From positions 1 through 41,230 of the forward strand of contig JAZSAO010000278.1 of assembly GCA_045601945.1 (NCBI GenBank): 41,230 nucleotides of DNA, read 5' to 3'. Source of the DNA: Faecousia sp. Lineage in GTDB: Bacteria > Bacillota > Clostridia > Oscillospirales > Oscillospiraceae. Of this stretch, positions 8,159-16,557 are shown piece after piece; positions within the stretch are counted from its first letter, which is position 1; each line of letters begins with the position of its first letter. The position numbers and the translations under genes were made by a program. Below the pieces are notes generated by a model that made no database searches, was not told the origin of the DNA, and saw nothing but the letters and a program-made list of their open reading frames with translations.

Positions 8159-8618
8159 CAGAGAGATTGAGGATCTTCTTTCTGGGGCTATTGATGAAGA
8201 GACCGGAGAGATCAACGAGTCCGTCTATGATGCGCTGGATGCGCTGCAGATGGTGAAAGAACAGAAACTTGAGAGCATAGGTCTTTACTACAAGAACACG
8301 ATGGCTTTAGCGGAAAGCATCAAGGCCGAGAAGATGAATCTTGAAAAAAGGCAGAAGCAGGAAGAGCGTAGAGCGGAGAGTCTCAAACGTTACATGCAGA
8401 AGTCGCTGAACGGAGAGCCGTTTAAGACATCCAAGGTAGCGGTTTCTTATCGCAAAGCATCTTCGGTGCAGATCAACTACGAGGATCTTATTCCGGAGAA
8501 CTTCCTCCGGTACAAGGATCCCGAACCGGACAAGGCCAAGATAAAGGAAACGCTCAAGGCGGGAGGTATCGTGCCTGGGGCAGAGCTTGTTGAAAATGTG
8601 AGCATGAGCATTAAGTAG
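8139..8618 (+). CDS. Siphovirus Gp157-family protein
   Basis: MTLWQID...IKAEK..L...LKRYM...PDKAKIKETLKAG..VPGAELVE pattern. Confidence 0.88.
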   Translation: MTLWQIDREIEDLLSGAIDEETGEINESVYDALDALQMVKEQKLESIGLYYKNTMALAESIKAEKMNLEKRQKQEERRAESLKRYMQKSLNGEPFKTSKVAVSYRKASSVQINYEDLIPENFLRYKDPEPDKAKIKETLKAGGIVPGAELVENVSMSIK

Positions 8619-8628
8619 GAGGAGTGAA

Positions 8629-9216
8629 ATGGCAACATTTGAAGAGATCAAAAGAGCGAACGATAGCATTCGCACGACGAACATCCAGGGCAAGGAATAT
8701 GCCGAAGTGAATCAGCGCATCAAAGCCTTCAGGATGGTGTATCCGGATGGGTTCGTACAGACCCACCTTGAGTCGCTTCAGGATGGAGTCTGCGTTATGA
8801 CCGCAGCGGTTGGATACTACACGGAGAACGGGGATGCAATAGTCATCGCCACAGGCACGGCTTATGAGAAAGAAGGCTCTTCGTTTATCAATAAGACCAG
8901 CTACATAGAGAACTGCGAAACGAGTGCAATAGGTCGTGCGTTGGGTGTAGCCGGATTCGGTATTGATACAAGCGTGGCGAGTGCTGAAGAGGTGCAGAAC
9001 GCTATGCTGAATCAGAACAAGGTCAGCACGATAGGTCCGGACAAGGTGGCTGCTCTGTCTATGCTCATAGATGAGACCGGAACGGACACCGTTAAGATCT
9101 GCGAAGCCTACAAGGTAAACTCGCTCCCGGAACTTACCGAAGCGAAGTGGCTTGAGGTTATGAGAATCCTCACCAAGAGAAAGGAGAAAGCGGATGCAGA
9201 GCGTTCCGGTCAGTAA
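8629..9216 (+). CDS. Single-strand annealing protein (Rad52/Sak-like)
   Basis: YAEVNQRIKAFR and TSYIENCETSAIGRAL motifs; sits in the recombination cluster with Gp157, NinB and SSB. Confidence 0.72.
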   Translation: MATFEEIKRANDSIRTTNIQGKEYAEVNQRIKAFRMVYPDGFVQTHLESLQDGVCVMTAAVGYYTENGDAIVIATGTAYEKEGSSFINKTSYIENCETSAIGRALGVAGFGIDTSVASAEEVQNAMLNQNKVSTIGPDKVAALSMLIDETGTDTVKICEAYKVNSLPELTEAKWLEVMRILTKRKEKADAERSGQ

Positions 9217-9751
9217 GGCCAAGTGGATGCAGGATAGCGAGGGTACGTGGATATCGTTCTGCGTACCCGCCGCAGTGGCTGCGGGTATGGTGTCCGAGGT
9301 CGAGACCGGAGAGCATCAGCTCGTGCTGAAGAAACAGAGCAAGAAACGCAGCCTTGATGCGAACGGGTACTTCTGGACTTTGGTGGGATCTTTATCCGCA
9401 AAGATAGGATCCACACCGAAAGAGATCTACAGAGAGTACATCAGGGACATCGGTGGAAACTACTACATCGTTCCGGTCAGGAAAGATCTCGTTGTCAAGT
9501 TCTGCGATGAATGGTGCGCCGGTCACGATGGGCGTATAGCCGAAGATATGGGGCCGTGCAGAAACACGACCGGATACAACAACATCAGGGTCTATATCGG
9601 TTCATCCGACTATGACTCCGTGCAGATGGGCAGACTCATAGATATGGCAATCGCTGATTGTAAGGAGTGTGGGATTGAGACCATCACTCCCAAAGATAGG
9701 GATTTGTTGCTTAAAGAGTGGAGTGGATACGAATTAGGAGGCAAACAATGA
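9194..9751 (+). CDS. NinB/YbcN-like recombination protein
   Basis: KRSLDANGYFW and GSSDYDSVQMGRLID motifs. Confidence 0.75.
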   Translation: MQSVPVSKAKWMQDSEGTWISFCVPAAVAAGMVSEVETGEHQLVLKKQSKKRSLDANGYFWTLVGSLSAKIGSTPKEIYREYIRDIGGNYYIVPVRKDLVVKFCDEWCAGHDGRIAEDMGPCRNTTGYNNIRVYIGSSDYDSVQMGRLIDMAIADCKECGIETITPKDRDLLLKEWSGYELGGKQ

Positions 9752-10134
9752 ACACAGTTTGTTTGATAGGCAGGATCACAAGGGATCCCGAGGTCAGGTA
9801 TTCCCAGAGTGGTACGGCCTATGCGAGATTTTCAATCGCCATAGACCGGGGAAAGGACAAAAACGGCGAAGATAGGGGTGCCGACTATCCATCTATCGTC
9901 TGCATAGGAAAAACCGCTGAAATGACCGAAAAATGGGCTTATAAGGGGCAACTCGTGGGTGTGTTCGGCAGATTGCAGACCGGTTCTTACGAAAAGGATG
10001 GTCAAAAGATCTACACGACCGATGTGATGGCTGACCGTGTGGAGTTCCTTTCAAGACGCGCTGAAGAGCAACCGAAGAGCGAGGACCCCGCATCACAGTT
10101 TTCGCAGCTCACCGATGAAGATATACCGTTTTAA
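9748..10134 (+). CDS. ssb: Single-stranded DNA-binding protein
   Basis: MNTVCLIGRITRDPEVRY, GRLQTGSY and acidic DEDIPF tail. Confidence 0.95.
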   Translation: MNTVCLIGRITRDPEVRYSQSGTAYARFSIAIDRGKDKNGEDRGADYPSIVCIGKTAEMTEKWAYKGQLVGVFGRLQTGSYEKDGQKIYTTDVMADRVEFLSRRAEEQPKSEDPASQFSQLTDEDIPF

Positions 10135-10137
10135 GTC

Positions 10138-10806
10138 ATGAAACACGTAGGAGACATAACAAAGCTCAATGGAGCGGACCTTCCGGTGGTGGATGTAATA
10201 ACCGGTGGCAGCCCATGTCAGGACCTGTCTATTGCTGGAGCAAGAGCGGGTCTTGCCGGTGAAAGATCGGGTCTGTTCATGGAACAGATCCGCATAGTAA
10301 AGGAGATGCGTAATGCTGACAGAGAACGTAATGGGCGAACAGATTGGAATGTTCGACCAAGATACATGGTTTGGGAAAACGTACCAGGTGCCTTCAGCAG
10401 CAACGGAGGAAAAGACTTTGGAGCGGTCCTCACGGAAATCGTCAGGATCGTATTCAAAGAGGCTCCCAATGTTCCTGTACCTGACAAGGGATGGCCAAAA
10501 GCCGGATGTCTCTCAGGAGTGGGTGACGACGGTTGTGGATGGACCATCGCTTACAGACTACACGATGCACAGTTTTGGGGAGTACCCCAACGAAGAAAGA
10601 GAATCGCGCTTGTCGCAGATTTTGGAGGATTCTCCGCTCCCGAAATACTCTTTGAGCGCAAAGGCATGCGATGGGATACTCCGCAGAGCGGAGAGACGCG
10701 GAAAGGAACTCCCACCGGAGCTGGAGAGAGCGTTACGGGATCAGTCAGTTTCCAAGAGCGATTCGGAAAACCTGGGGGGGGGCAAGGGAATACTGATCCA
10801 GAATGA
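10138..10806 (+). CDS. C5 DNA methyltransferase catalytic (alpha) part, motifs III-VIII, ending just after a G9 tract
   Basis: GDIT, GGSPCQDLS, WENVPG, GVPQRRKR present; no motif I; frame stops shortly after G9 at 10774-10782. Confidence 0.9.
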   Translation: MKHVGDITKLNGADLPVVDVITGGSPCQDLSIAGARAGLAGERSGLFMEQIRIVKEMRNADRERNGRTDWNVRPRYMVWENVPGAFSSNGGKDFGAVLTEIVRIVFKEAPNVPVPDKGWPKAGCLSGVGDDGCGWTIAYRLHDAQFWGVPQRRKRIALVADFGGFSAPEILFERKGMRWDTPQSGETRKGTPTGAGESVTGSVSFQERFGKPGGGQGNTDPE

Positions 10807-11641
10807 GCATACCGGAGCCTTGTCCACGAGCAACAACCAAAGCGTCTGCGCAGGGTTTTGCACAGAGCATAGTGAAAAAGCACGGGGCATAGGTTATCAG
10901 GAAGAGATGGCTCCAACGCTCCGGGCAGGCACGGTCCCGGCGGCAACGATGTCGCTTAACAGCAAGCAGCTCGGTCTTGATACGGCCGTGGAACTTGCAT
11001 CCACGTTAGGAGCAAGCGACTACAAAGAGCCCCAAGCGGTTCTTGCCGTTGATATGGGTGGTGGAAAAGGATCTTGCAACATTCAGAAAGACAAGGCTCC
11101 AACATTAGCCACTACGCACGGTGGTGAGCCGGCGGTTCTGTCCTTGGAGTCAAACAGGCAGACCGCATTAGGTTTTAACCGAGAGCGTTGCGGTGCCGTG
11201 GTTGGGGAAGAGGTAATGCCGACCATCCAAGCAGCCGCCGGAGAGAGCGGAAACAACAAACCGATGGTAGCGGTATTTGCCAAGACCGCAAGACCGAAGT
11301 TCAAAGGAGATGCGGAGACCATCGTGGAGTCGGAGATCGCTCCCACGCTGAACACCTTTGACACCGGTGATAAACGCACGAGCGTGTTCTGTCTTCAGGG
11401 CAACGGCATAGACAGAGCCGACACTGCCGGATGCAATGGCAAAGGATGGACGAAAGATTTCAGTTATACCCTGAATACCATAGACCGTCCGGCGGTCGTT
11501 CTCATTGAAAATCATCCGCAGGACAGCCGTGTGCAGATTCGTGAAGATGGCATCGTACAGACCCTTGATGCCCGGATGGGTATGGGTGGTGGCAATGTGC
11601 CGATGGTGATAGAGCACAGAGATGATAGTGTTGGAGAGTAA
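10313..11641 (+). CDS. Alternative-frame MTase beta-like subunit fused (in the G9 state) to a TRD-like array
   Basis: AAGGAG RBS inside the alpha gene; SRLSQILE...KYSLSAKACDGILRRAERRGKELP motif like M.EcoHK31I beta; then about 8 xxTL-type modules. Confidence 0.78.
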   Translation: MLTENVMGEQIGMFDQDTWFGKTYQVPSAATEEKTLERSSRKSSGSYSKRLPMFLYLTRDGQKPDVSQEWVTTVVDGPSLTDYTMHSFGEYPNEERESRLSQILEDSPLPKYSLSAKACDGILRRAERRGKELPPELERALRDQSVSKSDSENLGGGKGILIQNEHTGALSTSNNQSVCAGFCTEHSEKARGIGYQEEMAPTLRAGTVPAATMSLNSKQLGLDTAVELASTLGASDYKEPQAVLAVDMGGGKGSCNIQKDKAPTLATTHGGEPAVLSLESNRQTALGFNRERCGAVVGEEVMPTIQAAAGESGNNKPMVAVFAKTARPKFKGDAETIVESEIAPTLNTFDTGDKRTSVFCLQGNGIDRADTAGCNGKGWTKDFSYTLNTIDRPAVVLIENHPQDSRVQIREDGIVQTLDARMGMGGGNVPMVIEHRDDSVGE

Positions 11642-11843
11642 CCAAAACAACGCAACAATCAAGGATACGGAAATCTGCCCAACGTTGTCAGCGTCAATGG
11701 GAATGGGTGGTGGTTATGTACCGATGATCGTGGTCGGCGTAGATCTATACAACTACACCACCACGGGTTCGGTGTCAAAGACATTGCTTTCAATCCGCAG
11801 CGATGCGGATTATGTTCCGGTCGTGCTGGTGACAAAACTATGA
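11622..11843 (+). CDS. Stand-alone TRD-module protein of the MTase locus
   Basis: Two modules (CPTLSASMGMGGGYVP; SKTLLS...YVPVV). Confidence 0.7.
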   Translation: MIVLESNQNNATIKDTEICPTLSASMGMGGGYVPMIVVGVDLYNYTTTGSVSKTLLSIRSDADYVPVVLVTKL

Positions 11844-12544
11844 TAATGCAGATTAAGAATGGGGGGGGGCAGGTAATCTGCTCAAGTGTCTGCGGACCGC
11901 TTTGTGCCGTAGATGGTCCCAAGGGTGTTAGCGGAGAATATGCAAACGAAGGAAAGTTGGTAATAGAAATGGAAGATCCAAAGTGCATAGGAACAATCAC
12001 GAATAATACATATCAGCTCATCTCAGAAGGTGATGAGCCTATCCGGTCGCTATTGAGCTGCGATTCACATCGTGGTGGTGGATCTGCGGTATGCGTCGGT
12101 AATGGTCAGGTAGACCAGCTCAAGATGTCCAGCAAGGTCGGCGCTCTCAACTGTATGCACGAGCAGCAAGCGGTGATGGAGGGAAACAGGCCCGTCGTGC
12201 GCCGGCTCACACCTATGGAGTGCGAGAGACTTCAGGGATTCCCGGACGGATGGACCGATATCGGGGCTTGGACGGACTCCAAGGGGAAACTCCACAAAGA
12301 GTCCACGGACTCGGCAAGGTATAAGGCCCTGGGCAATAGCATCGCTCTGCCGTTCTGGTTCTACCTGCTGCGTAGGATCTCTGCGCAGTATGAACGACCG
12401 GCAACGTTGGGATCTCTCTTTGATGGCATCGGCGGATTCCCACTCTGTTGGGAAAGATGCAATGGCCCCGGAACCGCAGTTTGGGCAAGCGAGATTGAGG
12501 AGTTCCCCATAGCGGTTACCAAGTATCACTTCGGAGGCGAGTAA
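11840..12544 (+). CDS. C5 MTase subunit: TRDs plus motifs IX, X, I, II (permuted)
   Basis: RRLTPMECERLQGFP, YKALGNSI, then LGSLFDGIGGF and WASEIEEFP at the C-terminus; in-frame G9 at 11861-11869. Confidence 0.9.
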   Translation: MIMQIKNGGGQVICSSVCGPLCAVDGPKGVSGEYANEGKLVIEMEDPKCIGTITNNTYQLISEGDEPIRSLLSCDSHRGGGSAVCVGNGQVDQLKMSSKVGALNCMHEQQAVMEGNRPVVRRLTPMECERLQGFPDGWTDIGAWTDSKGKLHKESTDSARYKALGNSIALPFWFYLLRRISAQYERPATLGSLFDGIGGFPLCWERCNGPGTAVWASEIEEFPIAVTKYHFGGE

Positions 12545-12723
12545 TGATAATCCTGACCGAGAACGAAAAGCAGAGACTTATGGAAGAGGCTGCGGAGAAC
12601 GACGACTACTTCGAGGAGGAGGAACTGTATCCGGATTGCACGGTACAGATTCTCCGTCACAAGAAGACCGGAGAGATCTCCGTGGGATGGTGGAGGAATG
12701 GAATCAGAGAAATGCTTATGTGA
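12544..12723 (+). CDS. Hypothetical acidic 59-aa protein
   Basis: GGAGG RBS, TAATG overlap; CTVQILRHKKTGEISVGWW. Confidence 0.7.
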   Translation: MIILTENEKQRLMEEAAENDDYFEEEELYPDCTVQILRHKKTGEISVGWWRNGIREMLM

Positions 12724-12859
12724 GAAGATCGAGGAGGTTCGGCGTCAGCTGAACCGTCCTGGTATCAGTCCACCGCGCAAGCGGGATCTGACCAAGTATC
12801 TATGGAGGCTGGAGAGAGAGTATGGTCGTTTATTTGGCAGGCGCTATAACAGGGCGTAA
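12698..12859 (+). CDS. Hypothetical 53-aa protein
   Basis: Open frame that fills the gap between neighbours. Confidence 0.5.
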   Translation: MESEKCLCEKIEEVRRQLNRPGISPPRKRDLTKYLWRLEREYGRLFGRRYNRA

Positions 12860-13097
12860 GGACTACAAGGCGGAGTTCGCCAAGTGGGAGAAGAAACTGC
12901 AGGCTTCGGGCTACATTGTCCTGAATCCGGCTGTGTTGCCGCAGGGACTTGCGAACAGTTCCTATCTGCCTATCTGCCTTGCGATGATCGACATGGCGGA
13001 TACGGTCGCACTTCTTCCGGGATGGGAACAGAGCAAGGGTGCATCGTTTGAGCGGGTGTACGCAGAGTATCAGGGGAAAGAGATCAGGTGTCTATGA
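12822..13097 (+). CDS. DUF4406-family protein (nucleoside deoxyribosyltransferase-like fold)
   Basis: VYLAGAITG, VLNPA, LPGWEQSKGASFE motifs. Confidence 0.88.
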   Translation: MVVYLAGAITGRKDYKAEFAKWEKKLQASGYIVLNPAVLPQGLANSSYLPICLAMIDMADTVALLPGWEQSKGASFERVYAEYQGKEIRCL

Positions 13098-13270
13098 GAC
13101 AGTTGGGGAAGCCACCGTGTATGCTCTGCGAGAGTCGTGAGCCCGGTTGCCACGGATCCTGTGAGAAGTACATTGAGTGGACGAAGATTAGAGATGAGAG
13201 ACGGGTTCAACGACCGAATTATGTCGTTGCGTCGTATATTGCTGATAAAAGCAGGAAGAACAGGAGGTAA
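13094..13270 (+). CDS. Small Cys-containing hypothetical protein
   Basis: PCMLCESREPGCHGSCEKY motif. Confidence 0.7.
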   Translation: MRQLGKPPCMLCESREPGCHGSCEKYIEWTKIRDERRVQRPNYVVASYIADKSRKNRR

Positions 13271-13551
13271 TGAGTATGAGTTGGTATAGTGATGGTGAGT
13301 ACGATTTGTACGACAGGGATCCGTCGTACTGCGACAATTGTGCGGGTGGCAATTCCAAAGAGGAGTGCGATGCCTGCGCCGAGAGGCATCTTGAGGCGGA
13401 GTGCCGTGCGGAGGGGCAGCGTTGTGAGACGTGCTGCTTTTACACATGGGATGTCGTGAAGGAGATCTTTTACTGCGACAACTGCCGGAGCGAGTGGCAC
13501 GGAGAGGAGTGCTACGATGATGGTTGGTGTAAGGAGTGGTTTGCGGAATGA
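13270..13551 (+). CDS. Acidic Cys-rich hypothetical protein
   Basis: AGGAGG RBS; multiple CxxC. Confidence 0.7.
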   Translation: MSMSWYSDGEYDLYDRDPSYCDNCAGGNSKEECDACAERHLEAECRAEGQRCETCCFYTWDVVKEIFYCDNCRSEWHGEECYDDGWCKEWFAE

Positions 13552-13769
13552 CTTACGAAGAGTTTATAAGGGACTATCTGCCAAAAGGCCATTGCCCTAC
13601 GAACCTGTTGGGCGAGCATTGCGATTCTTTGAAGTGGGCGGCAAGGTGCAGATATTACCATCGGGCCTACGGTTTCAGGAACGCCTGCAGGAAGTGCTGG
13701 GAAGGATGGATAACGCGGCTTCGTAAGGAGGATATACCGGTTGAGATATTTGATGGGGAGGAAGAATGA
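13548..13769 (+). CDS. Hypothetical Cys-containing protein
   Basis: AAGGAG RBS; ATGA overlaps on both sides. Confidence 0.6.
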   Translation: MTYEEFIRDYLPKGHCPTNLLGEHCDSLKWAARCRYYHRAYGFRNACRKCWEGWITRLRKEDIPVEIFDGEEE

Positions 13770-14059
13770 CAGTTGACGATATATTAGACGCTCTGTTTTT
13801 ACAGGCAAAAGATCAAGTTGGACTATCTAAATTGCGTGACATCGTACTAACGGACGAAAGCATAAACTGTCTGTCTTTTAGGAGAGAGGGTGAGCTCGCT
13901 ATTGAGTTTGTCAAGGTCAAGCACGGACGGTGGATAGTAATATCCGAATATCCAAAGAAAGCAGAATGTTCATATTGCGGTTATCCCGTAGAACACGAAC
14001 TTGTTTGTTGGTGGGACTACTGCCCGAACTGCGGAACTAAAATGGATCTAACTGAATGA
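13766..14059 (+). CDS. Zn-ribbon protein
   Basis: KHGRW...CSYC...YCPNCGTKMD. Confidence 0.75.
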   Translation: MTVDDILDALFLQAKDQVGLSKLRDIVLTDESINCLSFRREGELAIEFVKVKHGRWIVISEYPKKAECSYCGYPVEHELVCWWDYCPNCGTKMDLTE

Positions 14060-14061
14060 TT

Positions 14062-14188
14062 AACTGCGGTGGCGGAATAGGTAGACGCATAGCGTAAAAA
14101 TCGGGACTGAGCGTAGAGTACCGTCTGTACAGGCGAGTCTGTAATTCCCGACAGACATGCAAGGTGCAAATCCTTGCCCGCAGTTCAA
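14062..14188 (+). ncRNA. tRNA-like RNA with non-canonical anticodon region
   Basis: Acceptor (A)ACTGCGG/CCGCAGT(T), Leu-type D-arm TGGCGGAATAGGTAGACGC, T-arm GCAAGG-TGCAAAT-CCTTGC; fills the intergenic gap. Confidence 0.72.
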
Positions 14189-14203
14189 GGAAGAGGTGGA
14201 AGA

Positions 14204-14581
14204 ATGAACAGAGAGACATATATCCGAGCGGTGCTGGAATGTAATTTTGCGGGGTTTAAGGAAGAGATAATTGAGACTGCGGTTCAGAAGATTATGGAGC
14301 GCGCGGACGAGGACGAGTCGATAAAGCATGGACGGTGGAAACATCATCAATACGGTAATACCGCAGGTTACTATGAGTGCGACAACTGCGGAAAGATAAA
14401 CTCTTATGAGAGCAGCTATTGCCCGAAATGCGGGGCAAAGATGGACGCTCCAAATAATGCCCGTTGGATAAAGCAACCTAATGGAGAATACAAATGCTCT
14501 GTATGTGGAGATACTACATTAGCACCTTTATATGAATGTGGCACTTGCGGAGCGCAAATGATGAGCGAGGTGGAAAAATGA
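14204..14581 (+). CDS. Double Zn-ribbon protein
   Basis: GAGGTG RBS; KHGRW...CDNC...CPKCGAKMD and ARW...CSVC...CGTCGAQM. Confidence 0.75.
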   Translation: MNRETYIRAVLECNFAGFKEEIIETAVQKIMERADEDESIKHGRWKHHQYGNTAGYYECDNCGKINSYESSYCPKCGAKMDAPNNARWIKQPNGEYKCSVCGDTTLAPLYECGTCGAQMMSEVEK

Positions 14582-15054
14582 GCGTTTTAATCAAGAATAT
14601 AGAGATGCCGAAAAACTGTAGTGATTGTCTTTTTGAATCATGTCCAAGAGGGGCGCATTATTGTCAGATAGAAATGAGGGCAGTAGAGTCGCTTGAACGT
14701 CCCGGCTGGTGTCCGTTAGAAGATGCCGAAGCCGAGCATGTAAAGCACGGGCGGTGGATAAGGTGGTGCAAGGCAAGCATAGCCCATTGTTCGCTCTGCG
14801 AAACGCAAGTGCGAATGTATGACGGCTTTGAGAAGGATTGGCACTACTGCCCCAACTGTGGCGCACGAATGATGGACGAGGTGAAAGATGTCTGCACCGA
14901 AGTGTCTTGTGAGATTTTCCAAGCCTATAAATGGTGCAAAGCACCGAGTTGTCCACGCAAGAAAAGGCGGTGGGATACTTGCGGACTGACAGAAAATAGC
15001 GTTCTTGTGGATAGCGGAGCAAGGGGAGAAAAAGTGGATGAGGTGGAAGGATGA
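14578..15054 (+). CDS. Zn-ribbon protein
   Basis: MPKNCSDC...WCPL domain then KHGRW...YCPNCGARM. Confidence 0.75.
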   Translation: MSVLIKNIEMPKNCSDCLFESCPRGAHYCQIEMRAVESLERPGWCPLEDAEAEHVKHGRWIRWCKASIAHCSLCETQVRMYDGFEKDWHYCPNCGARMMDEVKDVCTEVSCEIFQAYKWCKAPSCPRKKRRWDTCGLTENSVLVDSGARGEKVDEVEG

Positions 15055-15422
15055 TTATATCGTCAGACATGGTGGGCATTGATGGCGTCGTGAACGACCA
15101 CGGGAAGGTCACGCTTGATAAGATCCGTGTCCGGTTCGTGGCGGACGATGCAGGCGAGACATTGAGTATGTCGACTGACAAGGAGCTGCAGATGGTCGTT
15201 AGTTTTGAGAAGGTCGATGCGCTCATTACGCATATGCGCGAGAACCGCGTCGAGCGGCCGACTTATAAAGACAGGCTTCGCAGGGTGGAGCAGGAATTGT
15301 GCAGGCTCGAAAGAAGGGTCGCTGTGCTTGAGGCGTGCTCGGTCGTTCCTGTTGAAGCGATGCAGATAGGCTGTGATAGCGAGGAGCTTTTTGCTCATAT
15401 CAAGAGAGAGGATATTGAATGA
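15051..15422 (+). CDS. Hypothetical protein with C-terminal coiled coil
   Basis: GAGGTG RBS; ATGA overlaps. Confidence 0.7.
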   Translation: MIISSDMVGIDGVVNDHGKVTLDKIRVRFVADDAGETLSMSTDKELQMVVSFEKVDALITHMRENRVERPTYKDRLRRVEQELCRLERRVAVLEACSVVPVEAMQIGCDSEELFAHIKREDIE

Positions 15423-15796
15423 TTGAGAGAAGTTACGTTTTGGACAAGATCGTGCATGTCATGATGGAGTGTGTGGGTACGGAGTACACGAAGGCGTATT
15501 GGGCGCTTCACGAGCTTTACGATTATGTGAAGGGGCTGCCTGATGAGAGACCTCATAAATGTGACTTCTATGTCCGTGATAAGACTTCCGGATGGATCCA
15601 CAGGGTCGGTGAGGATGTTCACGACGGGATCTGGGTGGATGGCACGGGTCTGCTTCACTACATGAATCTGCAGAACGGCGATGGCTGTTCGGGATGCAGT
15701 AAGTACGACGACGCTTACGGCTATGAGTTCGTGAGCAGCGAATGGGGGATCATTGATGAAACCAAAATACCAAAACAGAAAGATAAAGACCGCTGA
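15419..15796 (+). CDS. Hypothetical protein
   Basis: GAGG RBS; HRVGEDVHD...LHYMNLQNGDG motif. Confidence 0.7.
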   Translation: MIERSYVLDKIVHVMMECVGTEYTKAYWALHELYDYVKGLPDERPHKCDFYVRDKTSGWIHRVGEDVHDGIWVDGTGLLHYMNLQNGDGCSGCSKYDDAYGYEFVSSEWGIIDETKIPKQKDKDR

Positions 15797-16082
15797 CGGC
15801 GTATTTGACTCCGCAAAGGAGTACGCTCGCTGGGTCCAGCTTAAGTGCGACGAGAGAGCAGGGCGTATTACTCTGCTCCGTCGCCAGATACCGTTTGTCC
15901 TGCTGTACTCGCAGAAGGGGCCGACAAGGACGGAACGTCCGGTCAAGTATATTGCCGACTTTGTCTATGAGCAGGACGGCAAGCTCGTGGTGGAGGATGT
16001 GAAGGGCGTTCGTACCAAGGAGTATGTCATCAAGCGTAAGCTTATGCTTAAAGTCCACGGGATTGAGGTCAAGGAGGTTTAA
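15756..16082 (+). CDS. DUF1064-family PD-(D/E)xK nuclease-like protein
   Basis: KYQNRK..DG.FDSAKE...YIADFVY...VVEDVKG...Y.IKRKL. Confidence 0.9.
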   Translation: MKPKYQNRKIKTADGVFDSAKEYARWVQLKCDERAGRITLLRRQIPFVLLYSQKGPTRTERPVKYIADFVYEQDGKLVVEDVKGVRTKEYVIKRKLMLKVHGIEVKEV

Positions 16083-16553
16083 ATGGACAGGGATGCAGTT
16101 TACGGTCGGGTGGTGTGGGTGCTAAATAACCATGAGGTCGAGGAGTCAATTCTCAAAGACCAGATCGGGCAGGAAGATGCAGCTCTTGCGGAAGACCTGG
16201 ACCGGATCTATGGGGCAGTCGGTCTTAAGGGCCTGAACTATAGCGACACCAAGGTCCTCAGCTCGATCAAGCAGGACTCAAAAATAGCAGCCGCCATCGC
16301 TGCAGCAGAAGAGCGCAGACACAAGGCTCTTGAGCGGACTGCCGGGTTTCGGATAGAACTTGAAGCCATTGAGAGCATTTATAAGCTCGTGTGCTCTTTG
16401 GAAGGGATGGAGCGGGCGGTCCTGCTGGCAATGTACTACCCACGCAGGTCATATGGTGATGTAGCCAAGATGCTGGGATACTCTGTCCGTGCAGTATCCA
16501 GGTACAGAAGCCTGGGGATAGGACATGTTGTGGATTTTATAATAAATCCTTAA
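16083..16553 (+). CDS. Late transcriptional activator (ArpU/RinA-like, sigma70 region-4 HTH)
   Basis: C-terminal ERAVL..Y...SYGDVAKMLGYSVRAVSRYR; last early gene before the packaging module. Confidence 0.8.
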   Translation: MDRDAVYGRVVWVLNNHEVEESILKDQIGQEDAALAEDLDRIYGAVGLKGLNYSDTKVLSSIKQDSKIAAAIAAAEERRHKALERTAGFRIELEAIESIYKLVCSLEGMERAVLLAMYYPRRSYGDVAKMLGYSVRAVSRYRSLGIGHVVDFIINP

Positions 16554-16557
16554 AAGT

